DNA of 64,000 nucleotides from Candidatus Methylomirabilis sp. (GCA_041498975.1 JBGQJI010000001.1:1-64000), one strand, 5' to 3'. Positions 28,096 through 39,965 are shown, counted from the first letter of the stretch. Program-made: numbers and translations. Notes: a model not told the origin generated them from the sequence alone.

Positions 28096-28440
28096 TCAGA
28101 CCCGCGTCATGTATCGATCAGCCTCTGTGCTCAGCCGATCATACTCGGTTCTGAGATCGCGGATCTCGGGGTAGAGGGCTTGGATCTTGTCATGGGGGAG
28201 GGGAATAGTCCTGCTGAGCGCAGTCAGCCGATCCCCAACCAGCTTTGCCCGTTTGAGGACCTCGAACTTCTTCCTGGCCAGCGAATGGAGCGCTGCTGCC
28301 TCCAGGAGGCCGAACATCCCGTCTTCATCCTGAGACTGGACTAGCTCCTCCAACCGTTGCGTTTGCGCCTCGGTCAGGCCACTCTCCTTCAGCGCATACA
28401 GGGCCTTCATCCGGTCGATCCGATAGCGGATATCCAGCAT
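28096..28440 (-). CDS. Hypothetical helical protein
   Basis: 114-aa ORF with GAGGGA RBS, upstream of the selenoprotein gene. Confidence 0.75.
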   Translation of the reverse strand: MLDIRYRIDRMKALYALKESGLTEAQTQRLEELVQSQDEDGMFGLLEAAALHSLARKKFEVLKRAKLVGDRLTALSRTIPLPHDKIQALYPEIRDLRTEYDRLSTEADRYMTRV

Positions 28441-28621
28441 ATCGATCCCTCGCTTTCAGGTCATGCCGTTTGAACCGAATGATTGTAACCGATCGTGACT
28501 CGGGACGCCAGTGTTCGATTCCGTGGATCGTTGGTCCTCGTGCTCTCTTCGACCGAGCGGAACCTCACTTCCAGGATGGGTGAGGCGGACCGGATGATCG
28601 CCCTTGAGCTGCCGGGCCGTC

Positions 28622-29566
28622 CTAAAAAATCAGGGGCAACTCCGCAGCCTCCGCAGGGGCGGGCTCCGCCCCACAGATCCGATTCCGGCCGTCCGCCTTC
28701 GCTTTATACAGGGCACGGTCGGCTGCATCGAGCAGCAAATCGGGGGTGGATCGAGCTCGGTCAAAGGCAGCCACGCCCCCGCTCAGGGTGACCGCAAGGG
28801 GCCCCTTTGGATGGTCGAGCATGAAACGGTGTCGCTCCACGATCCAACGGAGGCGCTCAGCCACCTCTTTCGCCAGACCTAAACCCGTCTCGGGCAAGAG
28901 GATGACAAACTCTTCTCCCCCGTACCTCGCGGGAATGTCCACTGCCCGCAGGTTCGTTTTCATCAGACCGGCCAGCCCCCTGAGCACGTCGTCCCCCACC
29001 GTATGGCCGTAGGTGTCGTTGCAGGACTTGAAATGATCGAGGTCGATCAGAATGATCGAGAGTGGTCGGTCAAACCGCGCGGCCCGAATGACCTCCTCTC
29101 CCAGGCGAGTCTTGAAGTAGGTGTGATTGTACAGGCCCGTGAGCCCGTCGCGAATGGACAACTCCTTGAGCCCTGTATAGATCCGCGCGATCCAAGAAGC
29201 CGTGGCGGCCGCGACGATGAACATGGCAAAATGCAAACCGGTGCGCAGGTAGAGCAGGTAGCCCGGCACCGGCCCTCGGCCGATGATGTCCACTCCGAGA
29301 ACAATCATTGAGACCACCCACGCAGCGGCGACCCCCGCAAGAAAGCTTTCGAAAAAACTCAGAGGGAGGATGACAAGCAGGTAGAGGGGAAGGAACGTGA
29401 TGCCTTGGCCGAGGGCGTAGTCTGCCACGCCGATGCCGAGGGCGGCCAGAAGGGCGACAATGCGGAGAAGACCGCGCGTTATGACAGAAAGAGTCGGCGC
29501 GCCAGACTCCGGACTGAGGAGAAAGGAGAGGTGATGCCACCTCTCGTCTCCGGACACACCTGGCAT
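28622..29566 (-). CDS. Membrane diguanylate cyclase
   Basis: DGLTGLYN, DLDHFK, RAVD I-site, RYGGEEF; N-terminal TM segments. Confidence 0.93.
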   Translation of the reverse strand: MPGVSGDERWHHLSFLLSPESGAPTLSVITRGLLRIVALLAALGIGVADYALGQGITFLPLYLLVILPLSFFESFLAGVAAAWVVSMIVLGVDIIGRGPVPGYLLYLRTGLHFAMFIVAAATASWIARIYTGLKELSIRDGLTGLYNHTYFKTRLGEEVIRAARFDRPLSIILIDLDHFKSCNDTYGHTVGDDVLRGLAGLMKTNLRAVDIPARYGGEEFVILLPETGLGLAKEVAERLRWIVERHRFMLDHPKGPLAVTLSGGVAAFDRARSTPDLLLDAADRALYKAKADGRNRICGAEPAPAEAAELPLIF

Positions 29567-29665
29567 GAGGAGCCCCCGTACCCGCAGCTCACGCCGCGAG
29601 TCTCGTATGATGCCTGGCCTTCACTTGAAAGAGAGGATGTGGTCGATTGTATCAGAAACCACCGA

Positions 29666-29854
29666 TTACCCGGATCCCCTAGATGCTCCTTGCAACTTCA
29701 GCTCCACCTCGTATTGCTCGACCAGCTTCAACAGCCCCTCAGAGAGGGTCGGGTACTGCCGCATGAAATACTCGATCATGAGGAGCTTACCGGCGCTCCG
29801 GCCAACGCGCATCACCCGTGCTGTGATTTGAGGAGGCGCCGACTTCTCCCCCAT
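29666..29854 (-). CDS. Small hypothetical protein
   Basis: GGAGGTGA RBS; starts 3 nt after the VOC gene stop. Confidence 0.55.
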   Translation of the reverse strand: MGEKSAPPQITARVMRVGRSAGKLLMIEYFMRQYPTLSEGLLKLVEQYEVELKLQGASRGSG

Positions 29855-29857
29855 GAC

Positions 29858-30238
29858 TCACCTCCGATAGGCGATCAGCTCCAGCAGGTTCCCATCGGGA
29901 TCGAGGAAGTACAGGCAATCATGATCGCCCCAGTCAACCGGTCCTTTGTGCCGGATCCCGGCCTCTGTAAATGTCGCGCGCGCGCGCTCGAAATCGGCGG
30001 CGCTCACTCGGAACGCATGATGCCCCTTTCCAAGCGGCTGGTCGATCCGGCCCAAGTCGGGCGATGGGAGATCCTTCCGCTCGAACAGGGCGAACGGCGA
30101 ACCGGCGAGATCGAAGATGATCTGATCGCCCAGGCGGCGGGAGACCCGCAGGCCCAGGACGCCGCCGTAGAACACTTCGGCCGTGGCGAGGTCACGTACC
30201 TCGATCCCGAAGTGGTCGAGCCGCTCGAGCACGATCAT
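29858..30238 (-). CDS. VOC/glyoxalase-family protein
   Basis: LDHFGIEVRDL, HHAFRV, YFLDPDGNLLEL. Confidence 0.92.
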   Translation of the reverse strand: MIVLERLDHFGIEVRDLATAEVFYGGVLGLRVSRRLGDQIIFDLAGSPFALFERKDLPSPDLGRIDQPLGKGHHAFRVSAADFERARATFTEAGIRHKGPVDWGDHDCLYFLDPDGNLLELIAYRR

Positions 30239-30245
30239 GGTCGCT

Positions 30246-30995
30246 CTAACGATCCAGCGTCTGCCGGAGTTCGGTCAGGCGGCTAAGCGTATAGTCGGGC
30301 GCCGGGATGCCAGCCCCTGCTGCATGGCCCGCTCTGTTCACCCAGGCAACATCCATCCCGACCCCTTTGGCTCCCGCGACGTCGATATCGAGGCTATCCC
30401 CGATGAACAGCGCATCCTGTGGTGCGAGCCCCATCCGATCGAGCGTCCGGACGAAGATCTCGCGATGTGGCTTGCGCACGCCCTCCTCGGCGGAGACGAC
30501 CACCTGCTCGAACCATCCGACGGTCCCGGTCCGTTCCAGCATGCGGCGCGCCGTCCGTGCGTGGTCGAAATTCGAGATCACCGCAAGGCGGTATCGGGCC
30601 TTGGCCCACTCGAGCAAGGGTCGATGCTCCGGCGGAAACACCATCGCATCCGACAGCTTCGCCATGTGTATCTCAGCCAACCACTCCGGAAAATCTGCAG
30701 GGAGCTTCTCGAGAGGCAACTGCAGCTTCGAGAGGACGATGCGGAACCGTTCCTCGGCCGTGATCTCGCGCAGCTCCTGGCCCCGGATCTGTTCGGCCTC
30801 TCGATACCCATCCATGAACGCGACGTAGAACGCCTCAAACGGCACACCGGGACAGACCGATGTGAACTGGTCGTAGACGTGACGGCTGGTGGAGCGCACT
30901 TCAGTGCCGTTCACCTGGATCAGGGGCATCCGGTCACGCTGGAAGTCGATCAGAGTATCGAACAGGTCGAAAATCAGTGCCGTGTAATTTCTCAT
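30246..30995 (-). CDS. HAD-family hydrolase
   Basis: FDLFDTL, ISNFD, RKP, IGDSLDIDVAGA. Confidence 0.92.
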   Translation of the reverse strand: MRNYTALIFDLFDTLIDFQRDRMPLIQVNGTEVRSTSRHVYDQFTSVCPGVPFEAFYVAFMDGYREAEQIRGQELREITAEERFRIVLSKLQLPLEKLPADFPEWLAEIHMAKLSDAMVFPPEHRPLLEWAKARYRLAVISNFDHARTARRMLERTGTVGWFEQVVVSAEEGVRKPHREIFVRTLDRMGLAPQDALFIGDSLDIDVAGAKGVGMDVAWVNRAGHAAGAGIPAPDYTLSRLTELRQTLDR

Positions 30996-31702
30996 CTGAT
31001 AGGCCTCAGTGCGGTGAGGAGCGGGACCGAAGCGAGCTTCTCGGTCGCGAGCAGCTCCCGGTACATGCCCTTCGGCCGCGGGTGCCGGCGCCGAATCCGG
31101 ATGATCTCGTCGGGCGTCACGATGACATCAACCGAGATATCGCGAGGCAACACGTCGAACCGATCCTTGACGCTCTGGAATGGATGAACGGTCGTCAGGA
31201 TGGTCGTCCGCTGCGTGACCTTGCCCGCTTCGATCAACAGGCCGGACTCCAGATCGGAATAGCCGTCCCCCTTCCCGAGTCGCCCCCCCTCCATGGTGAC
31301 CGCCACCGAGCCGCAGACAATCAGATCGGTAGGCGGCAACCCCTCAACCCGTACCGCCCGCCCGGCACGAGAAGCTCCGCCGATGCTGGAGGCCTCGAAT
31401 GGGCTCGCCTTCAGATGCGCAAGGTCGAGCTCGATGAACGGTGTCATCGAGCGGAGCCGAGGCACCGCCATGAATAGGCGCTTGCCCTGCTCGAGGGCCA
31501 GCCGACGAACCGGCCGCTGGGGCAGGTCCGGGTCGGCCTTTATGACCTTAGCCGGTCGCCAGGCGTCAAGCTCACTCAGCCGCGCGGCTGCCGCCTCGGC
31601 CCCAACGAAGTTCGGAGAGCGACCGCAGGCGCCTGGGAAGCTCGAAACCTTGTGTTCCTGTAGCAGCCGCCAGACCGTCTCGCGGACCCGCTGTTTCTCC
31701 AT
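30992..31702 (-). CDS. 5-formyltetrahydrofolate cyclo-ligase family protein (MTHFSD/archaeal-like)
   Basis: PNFVGAE, PDLPQRPVR, GSVAV...RLGKGDGYSDLE, TTVHP, DVIVTP. Confidence 0.85.
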   Translation of the reverse strand: MEKQRVRETVWRLLQEHKVSSFPGACGRSPNFVGAEAAAARLSELDAWRPAKVIKADPDLPQRPVRRLALEQGKRLFMAVPRLRSMTPFIELDLAHLKASPFEASSIGGASRAGRAVRVEGLPPTDLIVCGSVAVTMEGGRLGKGDGYSDLESGLLIEAGKVTQRTTILTTVHPFQSVKDRFDVLPRDISVDVIVTPDEIIRIRRRHPRPKGMYRELLATEKLASVPLLTALRPIR

Positions 31703-31869
31703 CGTCGATCAACGGCACTCCGCCCCGGTCGCCCCATCTCACCAGAGTCAGCGCGCTTTGTCAAGGACGAGGTGGCACTTCGAAACCCTCCATTGCCACT
31801 ACCCCGACCTGGCTTGGCGTGGTACAATCACGACCCAAGCAAAGACGTCGCGAGGGGTCAGGAGAGACG

Positions 31870-32535
<666 letters not shown>

Positions 32536-32539
32536 AGAC

Positions 32540-32731
32540 GTCATTGCAAGCGACCAAATAAGCCGGAGCCCAGAGCCCTTCGGCGTCGCTCAGGATAAAC
32601 TCCGCGAAGGGGCGGCAATTCGACATGCAGCGTCGTTGCGGGGCGGAGCCCCCTCGGCAATGCTCGGGGAAGGCCTGCTTCGACAGGGCTCAGCACAGGC
32701 TTCGACTCAGCTCAGGACAGGCGAGGGATCC
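32540..32731. repeat. Composite REP-like intergenic element
   Basis: Begins gtcattgc; a ~60-bp core (32614-32674) closely matches 34278-34338; cttcgac...gctcag units. Confidence 0.7.
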
Positions 32732-33139
32732 TTATCCGGTGGCGTGTGGTAGGAGTTCGAGGCGTGGGATGAGTGTTCGGTCGAAGCGGCTGATGCCCGA
32801 TGAACCGATCTCCGCCAAGCGATCTAGACAGGAAGCGAGGGATCGCCGTAGCGTCTCGACGTCGAGCCCGAGGTAATCTGCCGCGAAGTCATCGAGCAGC
32901 TCCGCTGCCCTCCCCAGCTTCGCGGCAGCCCGGTCGAAGTCACCGGCAACAAGATAGTGGAACCCCATGGCCACATGGACCAGCGCTTGATAGAAGATCC
33001 TGTCCGGCCCGCCCTTCGTCATCCAGATCAGCTCGAACAACTCGTGGGCTTCGAGGAAGTGGCCTGCATTGTAGGTCCGAACCGCCTCGAGCGTATCGGC
33101 ATCGAGATCAGCGATCTCTTCCCTCATTGGATTGTTCAT
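32732..33139 (-). CDS. DUF309-domain protein
   Basis: YNAGHFLEAHELFELIW...YQALVHVAMGFHY. Confidence 0.88.
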   Translation of the reverse strand: MNNPMREEIADLDADTLEAVRTYNAGHFLEAHELFELIWMTKGGPDRIFYQALVHVAMGFHYLVAGDFDRAAAKLGRAAELLDDFAADYLGLDVETLRRSLASCLDRLAEIGSSGISRFDRTLIPRLELLPHATG

Positions 33140-33156
33140 TTCCGAATCCCTCGCAT

Positions 33157-33199
33157 CTCCCTCTCCCTCCGCTGAAGGAGAGGGCTGGGGTGAGGGTTG
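33157..33199. repeat. REP-like palindrome
   Basis: ccctctccctccgctgaaggagagggctggggtgaggg. Confidence 0.55.
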
Positions 33200-33207
33200 G
33201 AAGAGCC

Positions 33208-34107
33208 TTATTTGTAGAATTCGGCCCGATCGCCGCTGGCCACCTGGATGATTTCTTTCATGGCCCCGCGCTTGACCGTGAAAACGACCCGCTCGCCGGC
33301 CCGCTTTCTCCAGAGGGCGCAGTAGAGGTCCGGCCTCGTGCCAACGCTCTGGAAGTCTACCGCGAGGACGACATCGCCCTCCTTGATGCCGGAGATGGCG
33401 GCCGGACCGTCAGGCACCAGGCCCGAGACCACGACCCCTTCTTCGGTCTGATTGGGGAAGAACCCGACCCACGCCCGGCACCGCCGGCTGACGACCTTGC
33501 CGTGCTTGAGCAGCTCGTCGCGATTCCGCTCGAACATCTCCGCCGGGATCGCCAGGGAGTATTTCGCCACCTCGCTCAGATTCAATGACACGACGCCCAC
33601 CACCTGCCCCTTCAGATCGAGCAACGGCCCGCCGCCGAAGCCCGGATTGAAGACGCTCGTCTTAATGCAACGATCCAGCATGTATTCCCAGTATGCATCA
33701 AAGTCGCCCAGATAGGTCACGTGTCCGCCGGCGACTCTGCGGTCACTCTCCGAGCTGCTGGCCATGATGAAGACCGGCTGGCCAAGGCTGAGCTGCTGCG
33801 ACGATCCCAGCGGCAAAGCCGGGAGCCTCGACCCGCTGATTTTGACGAGGGCAAGGCCGGTGTCGAAATCCTGGGCGGCGATGCTCCCGCGAAGCGACCG
33901 CCCATCCGGGAGGCTCACCCGGATGGACCTGGCGCCCAGTACGACGTAGTTGACGGTGAGGATGTAGCCGCGTGGATCGATGAGGGACCCTGATCCCATC
34001 CGTTCATCGCCCAGGGCCAGGCACGATGGGTGGTTGGCAACGACCTCGACGTGCAAGTTCACAACCGCTGGAAGAACGCGCTTGACCAACTCACAGGAAG
34101 CGTCCAC
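33208..34107 (-). CDS. HtrA/S1C-like protein with PDZ domain and degenerate catalytic triad
   Basis: GSGSLIDPRGYILTVNYVV, NPGFGGGPL, C-terminal PDZ (GPAAISGIKEGDVV). Confidence 0.88.
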   Translation of the reverse strand: MDASCELVKRVLPAVVNLHVEVVANHPSCLALGDERMGSGSLIDPRGYILTVNYVVLGARSIRVSLPDGRSLRGSIAAQDFDTGLALVKISGSRLPALPLGSSQQLSLGQPVFIMASSSESDRRVAGGHVTYLGDFDAYWEYMLDRCIKTSVFNPGFGGGPLLDLKGQVVGVVSLNLSEVAKYSLAIPAEMFERNRDELLKHGKVVSRRCRAWVGFFPNQTEEGVVVSGLVPDGPAAISGIKEGDVVLAVDFQSVGTRPDLYCALWRKRAGERVVFTVKRGAMKEIIQVASGDRAEFYK

Positions 34108-34250
34108 CGGATCGCTCCTTTCACGACTCGTTCATCGGCGTCGGCTGCTTCACCGCATCACAGGGGGAATTATACCCGGTCCGAATTGCTATAACAATGG
34201 CTGAGTCCAATCCGAGAATGGGGTTAGACGATCTACCCCTTCAACTTCCC

Positions 34251-34440
34251 GTCATTGCGGGCACCCGGAGGGTGTGCGGCAATCCGGCACGAAGTGTCGT
34301 TGCGAGGCGCAGCCCCCTCGGCAGTGCTCGGAGCAGGCTGCGCAATCCATCCGAGATTCCTCGCGCAGTTTACACTGAGCGCAGCGAATGTGCTCGACGT
34401 GACCTTCCAGGTCAGATTGCTTCACTTGGCTCGCAATGAC
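34251..34440. repeat. REP-like element with terminal inverted repeats
   Basis: GTCATTGCG (34251-59) ... CGCAATGAC (34432-40); core shared with the element at 32540. Confidence 0.75.
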
Positions 34441-34527
34441 AATTGCCATCTCTGTCCCTGAATCGAATACAATAAGGTGAGCCGCGCAAAGATCGAGGGT
34501 CGCTTGAGGGGATGATCGGTTTCCGAT

Positions 34528-35199
34528 ATGATGACCCGTATGATCACCAACCGGCAGATCGGCATGGTGCTCCGGCTTGTGCGTCAGACGATCAGGGCCT
34601 GGGAGCCCGCCGCCCTCGGGAAGATCGCCGAAGAGTCGCAGGATCCCTTCCGGATCCTCATTTCCTGCATCCTGAGTCAACAGACCAAGGACGAAGTGAC
34701 GGAGGCGGCCTCGGCACGACTGTATCGACTCGCCGATCGTCCTGACACGATGCTCGCGCTCAGCGAGCGCCGGATCGCCAGGGCGATCTACCCGGTCAGC
34801 TTCTACAGGACCAAGGCCAGGACCATCCCCGAGGTCTGCCGGGCCCTCCTTGTCCGATTTGGCGGGCGCGTGCCGGACAGCCTCGAGGAGCTGCTCAGTC
34901 TTCATGGCGTCGGCCGGAAGACCGCGAACCTCGTTGTGACGGTCGGCTACCGCAAGGCCGGGATCTGCGTCGATACGCATGTCCACCGCATCTCTAACCG
35001 GTGGGGCTACGTCAAAACCAAAACGCCCGAGCAGACCGAGATGGCCCTTCGGCAATACCTTCCGAGGCGGCATTGGATCTACTACAACGACCTCCTGGTC
35101 CCGTTCGGCCAGCACCTTTGCCGGCCGATCTCCCCCATCTGCAGCCGCTGTCCCATCGAACGCTGGTGCGCCAAGGTCGGCGTCACCATCCACCGATAA
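34528..35199 (+). CDS. nth: Endonuclease III
   Basis: HhH LHGVGRKTAN, VDTHVHRI, 4Fe-4S motif CRPISPICSRCPIERWC. Confidence 0.95.
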   Translation: MMTRMITNRQIGMVLRLVRQTIRAWEPAALGKIAEESQDPFRILISCILSQQTKDEVTEAASARLYRLADRPDTMLALSERRIARAIYPVSFYRTKARTIPEVCRALLVRFGGRVPDSLEELLSLHGVGRKTANLVVTVGYRKAGICVDTHVHRISNRWGYVKTKTPEQTEMALRQYLPRRHWIYYNDLLVPFGQHLCRPISPICSRCPIERWCAKVGVTIHR

Positions 35200-35411
35200 C
35201 ACGAGCTGGGCAGGAAGTGATTGGTGGACACGGCCGAGAGACTGCAGGGCCCGTCTCGCCCAAGGACGGCGCAGCAAGCAGCGCCCCCACAACCCATACC
35301 CGAAACCTGCAATCCGCATTCAGCGGGATTGCTTCGCGTTGCTTTCAGTGAGACGGTTCCCGATAAGCTGGAACCAGCCTGCCAAACTTTGGTTCTCAGC
35401 CGATCTATACC

Positions 35412-36530
35412 TCAGAGCGGCTGGCGGAAGGGCTCGGTGTAGCCGGTCATCTCAAGGTACCCCGCCCCTGCGATCGGCCGGTCACCGGACGTCCCCGAGA
35501 CCTCCACCGACCCCTCCCAGTAAATGACCTGTGTGCTGCCCTGTGTGTCCAGCTCCTGATCAGAGAATGCGGCCTGCACCGTGAGGTCGATCCGGCGGCC
35601 GGGAACCTGGACCCGCCAGCGGATCGGATATCGGCCGCGGGTCTTCGGGCTTTGCCACACCTCCTGCGGCTCCAATCGGAAAGCGCTGAGCTGCAAATGC
35701 TCGACCCGCCCGTCCGGATGGATCAGGCTGCCGCTCGAATGCGGATCAGGAAGACCATTCGCCTGGCGGAGCTGGTAGAGCATCAGCTCGGCTCCGTCAT
35801 CAAGTTGCAACGCGAACCAATCCCATCCGACCTGAGAGGCCGTCAGTTGGTTGCTCCCGAACTCGTGATCCATCCAGCTTGATCCGGTCACCTTCTGCCG
35901 CTTGCCGGAGACGGTGAGCGTACCCTGGGTGGCCAGCCTGCTAAGAGAATAGTAGTGGGAGGCGCGGCCCAACCCTTCGGCCTTTTGGCTCACGCCGTCC
36001 CGACCATGAATCGCGGGCAGCTTGGTCGGAGTGAGGGTAAGGTCGATCGCATGCCCCTCGACGCTCGCGCTCAGGTGATGTGCGCGGCCATCTCCCCTGG
36101 CCGCCCACGCGCCGTTCCAGACCTTGAGCACCTCTGCCGAGGCGCCGGCCGAGCCCAAGGCGCCGCGGCTGCGGCGGTCCCAGTACAGGAGGCGGCGTTG
36201 ATGCAGGTCCGAGATGGCGAAGTGCGCGAGGTAAAGATCGCGCACTGCCCAGCGAGACCGGCTATCACCCCGCAGGGAGGGATCGACGCCGACACGGAAG
36301 AAGGTGAGCTGGTAGCCAAAGGGCAGTCCGGCCTCGGTCCGAAGGTGGCCAGAATAGTACCACCATTCCGTCTTGAAACCCGGGTGCGAGGCGTGGTCCC
36401 GAGGAAACGCAAATCGATATCCAGGAAGCGCCTGCCGGAAGCCCTCTCGAGCCAGGGTTGAACCGGCAGCCAGAAGGCACAGGAACACGGACATCGGAAT
36501 TTTCAACCATTGAATCCCAGGGGTTCTCAT
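35412..36530 (-). CDS. AttH/CrtC-like secreted lipocalin-fold protein
   Basis: FPRDHASHP..EWWYY, SHYYS, WMDHEF, GWDWF, YWEG, GYLEMTGY. Confidence 0.9.
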   Translation of the reverse strand: MRTPGIQWLKIPMSVFLCLLAAGSTLAREGFRQALPGYRFAFPRDHASHPGFKTEWWYYSGHLRTEAGLPFGYQLTFFRVGVDPSLRGDSRSRWAVRDLYLAHFAISDLHQRRLLYWDRRSRGALGSAGASAEVLKVWNGAWAARGDGRAHHLSASVEGHAIDLTLTPTKLPAIHGRDGVSQKAEGLGRASHYYSLSRLATQGTLTVSGKRQKVTGSSWMDHEFGSNQLTASQVGWDWFALQLDDGAELMLYQLRQANGLPDPHSSGSLIHPDGRVEHLQLSAFRLEPQEVWQSPKTRGRYPIRWRVQVPGRRIDLTVQAAFSDQELDTQGSTQVIYWEGSVEVSGTSGDRPIAGAGYLEMTGYTEPFRQPL

Positions 36531-36546
36531 CGCAGCCGTCTGTCAG

Positions 36547-39111
36547 CTACCCTTCGTATGCCACTGCTGTCGGGATGTCCAGCCTGGCCGCTCGCTTCGC
36601 CGGCAGGTACCCGGCGAGCAACGCTGCGCCGAGCGCAAGGACCGACGACTTGACCACGACCCACCAGGAGAACCGGAACTGAATGGTCCACCCGAACGAC
36701 TGCTTGTTGATGACGTGGATTAGAATGAGTGAAAGGCAGATGCCCGCTAGAAGGCCGAGGACCTCGACCATCAGGCCGAGGAGGCCGGCTTCTCCAAGGA
36801 CGACGCGCGCCACCTGCGCCCTGGTCGCCCCGACCGAGCGCAGCATGCCGATCTCCCGCTGGCGGCTGAGAACCGAGGCCCACAGGACATTGAAGACCCC
36901 GAGGACGGCAACCAGCACCGCGATCAGCTCCAAGGCGCGCGCCACGATGAAGGTGTTGTCAAAGATCTCGAGCACCTTGGCCTTCAGCGCCCGGTTCGAG
37001 CTGATCACGATCGCCGCATCCTGGCCTGCTAGCGCTGCCAGCCGACCGCGCACCGCCGCCTCGTCGGCTCCCGGCGCGAGATAGACCGCCAGGAGATCGG
37101 CCCCTCGGTCGCCCCACATCCTCGTCCACAGCGTCCGATCCATCACCACCTTGCCCCCGTCGGTCGCATAATCATAGAAGACCCCTGCGATCGGCAGTTC
37201 GACCCGACCGGTTGGAGTATCAAGGGGGAGTCGGTCACTCTCCTTCAGCCCTCGGGCCAGCGCCAGACTCTCCGAGATGATCACGCCCCTCCTGATCTTT
37301 GCATCACGGAGGATCCTCGCTGATTCTCCCGCCCTGAACAGGAGGTGCCCATGTCGCGCAACAACCTCAAAGTCCCCGGCCGCGAGCAGCGCATCCTGCC
37401 CGAGCAGCTCGACCCGACGACCGGTGAAGGGATCGAGGGCGGCGATCCCTTCGATGCGAGAAGCTCCTTCGACCAAGCCCTCCGGGAGCCGGGCCCCGCT
37501 CCCTCTCGCGAACCGCGCCGCCGGTGAAACGATCAGGTCGGCCCGGATCGTCTGCTCCACCCACAGCTCCACCGTCCGCCGGAAACTCCCGATCATGAGG
37601 GTGAGGCCGACCAGCATCGCGATCGCGGTCATCATCGCAGCGACGGCGATCGCATTGCGCCCCACCTGAGACGAGAGGTTCCCGGAGGCGAGCTGCAGCA
37701 GTGGGGCCCGCCTGCCCCCGCACAGCGAATGCAGACCTTCCCCTGCCCAGCGAAGGAGCTGGGGAGTGAAACAGGCGACCCCAAAGATGAGGCAGGCCAG
37801 GGAGAGATAGCCGAAGAGAGGAGCACCATCGATGGGGCCAGGCCTGGTGAAGAGGAATGAGGCACCCAGAAGCAGGAGGCCAAGGAGCAGAGAGGGGAGC
37901 GAGCGGCCGATCCAGCCTCTTTCATAGAAGCCGAGATGCATCGCCTCATGCGGCCCGATCCGGCTCGCCGCATAGGCCGGGGCCAGAGAAGCGAGGAGCG
38001 CGCCGGCAGTGCCCAGGCCGATCGCCAACGCTGCGAGACCTGGGGTGACCTCGATCCCTTCCACCCGGAGGTAGGCGTAGAGAGCTGACACCGTCTGCGA
38101 GAGGGTGCGCAGGAGCGCCCGGCCAAGGAGCAGCCCACCGCCAAGCCCTAGAAGCGATCCCACGAGCCCCAGCCCAGCTCCTTCCGCGGCGAAGAGAGCG
38201 GCCACGCCCGACCGCGTGACACCGAGGGAACGGAGGATCCCGATCTGACGCCGCCGCTGAAGGACCGAAAGGGAGACCGCGTTGTACACCAGAAAGAGCC
38301 CGACCAGCAGGGCGATCGCGCTCAAGGCTGTCAGGTTCAGACGGAACGCCCTGAGCATCCTCTCGACCTGCTGGCTCCGCCGGGTCGGCCTCTCGATGGT
38401 CACATGCTTGGGGAGGAGCTTGGCAAGGCGCCCGCGGACCTCGTCAAGTGGGAGGTGTTCTCGGGTCACCAAGTCGATCCGGTCCAGTCGCCCGAGCTTA
38501 TCCAAGACCACCTGGGCAGTGGCGATATCCAGGACCGCCAGGTTTCCGTCGAACGCGCGAGCAGGCCCCTGCGGGGCCAGGAGCCCCTTGACGACAAAGC
38601 GCCGCCGTTTTGACCCGAGCACCAGGATAAGGTCGGAGCCTCTCTGCAGTCCGTTCTGCCTGGCAAACTCGGCCGTGACGAAGATCGCGTCGGGGCTGAG
38701 AAGCTCCTCGATCCTCGGCGCCCGCCCGCCATCGGCCATCCGGTATTCGCGAAATGGATCTTCAGCGAACAGATCGACGCCAAGGAGGAGAAGGGCTTCC
38801 GCAGGCCGGTCTGCGATGGGGGCAACCGCCTGAACGATCGGGGCGGCCGCGATGACCCCCTCCACGTGTTGCACCGCAGGAAGGAGTCGCTCGTCTATCC
38901 CCAGCTCTCCGGCCGAGATCTGGAGAGTGGTTCGTCCCGCCACCACATCGATGGCCCGCTGGAAGGAGCGGAGGACGCTCTCGTTGGCCGCCTGGATCGC
39001 CGTGAAGGCGGCGACACCGATGGCGACGCCCGCCACCGTCACGAGCACCCTGACCGGGCTCGTCCGAAGGTTTCGGACGGTGGTCAGCCGGATGACGCTC
39101 CAGGTCCGCAT
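36547..39111 (-). CDS. ABC transporter permease (duplicated FtsX/MacB type)
   Basis: Two RxxxIGxLRSxG motifs; INKQSFGW. Confidence 0.92.
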   Translation of the reverse strand: MRTWSVIRLTTVRNLRTSPVRVLVTVAGVAIGVAAFTAIQAANESVLRSFQRAIDVVAGRTTLQISAGELGIDERLLPAVQHVEGVIAAAPIVQAVAPIADRPAEALLLLGVDLFAEDPFREYRMADGGRAPRIEELLSPDAIFVTAEFARQNGLQRGSDLILVLGSKRRRFVVKGLLAPQGPARAFDGNLAVLDIATAQVVLDKLGRLDRIDLVTREHLPLDEVRGRLAKLLPKHVTIERPTRRSQQVERMLRAFRLNLTALSAIALLVGLFLVYNAVSLSVLQRRRQIGILRSLGVTRSGVAALFAAEGAGLGLVGSLLGLGGGLLLGRALLRTLSQTVSALYAYLRVEGIEVTPGLAALAIGLGTAGALLASLAPAYAASRIGPHEAMHLGFYERGWIGRSLPSLLLGLLLLGASFLFTRPGPIDGAPLFGYLSLACLIFGVACFTPQLLRWAGEGLHSLCGGRRAPLLQLASGNLSSQVGRNAIAVAAMMTAIAMLVGLTLMIGSFRRTVELWVEQTIRADLIVSPAARFARGSGARLPEGLVEGASRIEGIAALDPFTGRRVELLGQDALLAAGDFEVVARHGHLLFRAGESARILRDAKIRRGVIISESLALARGLKESDRLPLDTPTGRVELPIAGVFYDYATDGGKVVMDRTLWTRMWGDRGADLLAVYLAPGADEAAVRGRLAALAGQDAAIVISSNRALKAKVLEIFDNTFIVARALELIAVLVAVLGVFNVLWASVLSRQREIGMLRSVGATRAQVARVVLGEAGLLGLMVEVLGLLAGICLSLILIHVINKQSFGWTIQFRFSWWVVVKSSVLALGAALLAGYLPAKRAARLDIPTAVAYEG

Positions 39112-39113
39112 GG

Positions 39114-39791
<678 letters not shown>

Positions 39792-39965
39792 TCGCTCTCC
39801 CGGGAAACGATGCGGCACATTATACGTGAGGCTTCAGCGAAGTCAACGCGCGCGCCCGCGAGAACCCTCCTGGAAAACTCCCTTTCCTCTCCCTCCCCTG
39901 CTAGAGTATAATGATTGCCTCTTATCTCTTCAAACGAACTCGACCCCTGAGAGGGAGATGGCCCG

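Noticed and set aside
28072..28344. Plus-strand 90-aa ORF
   Set aside because: Antisense to the better-supported 28096-28440 gene.
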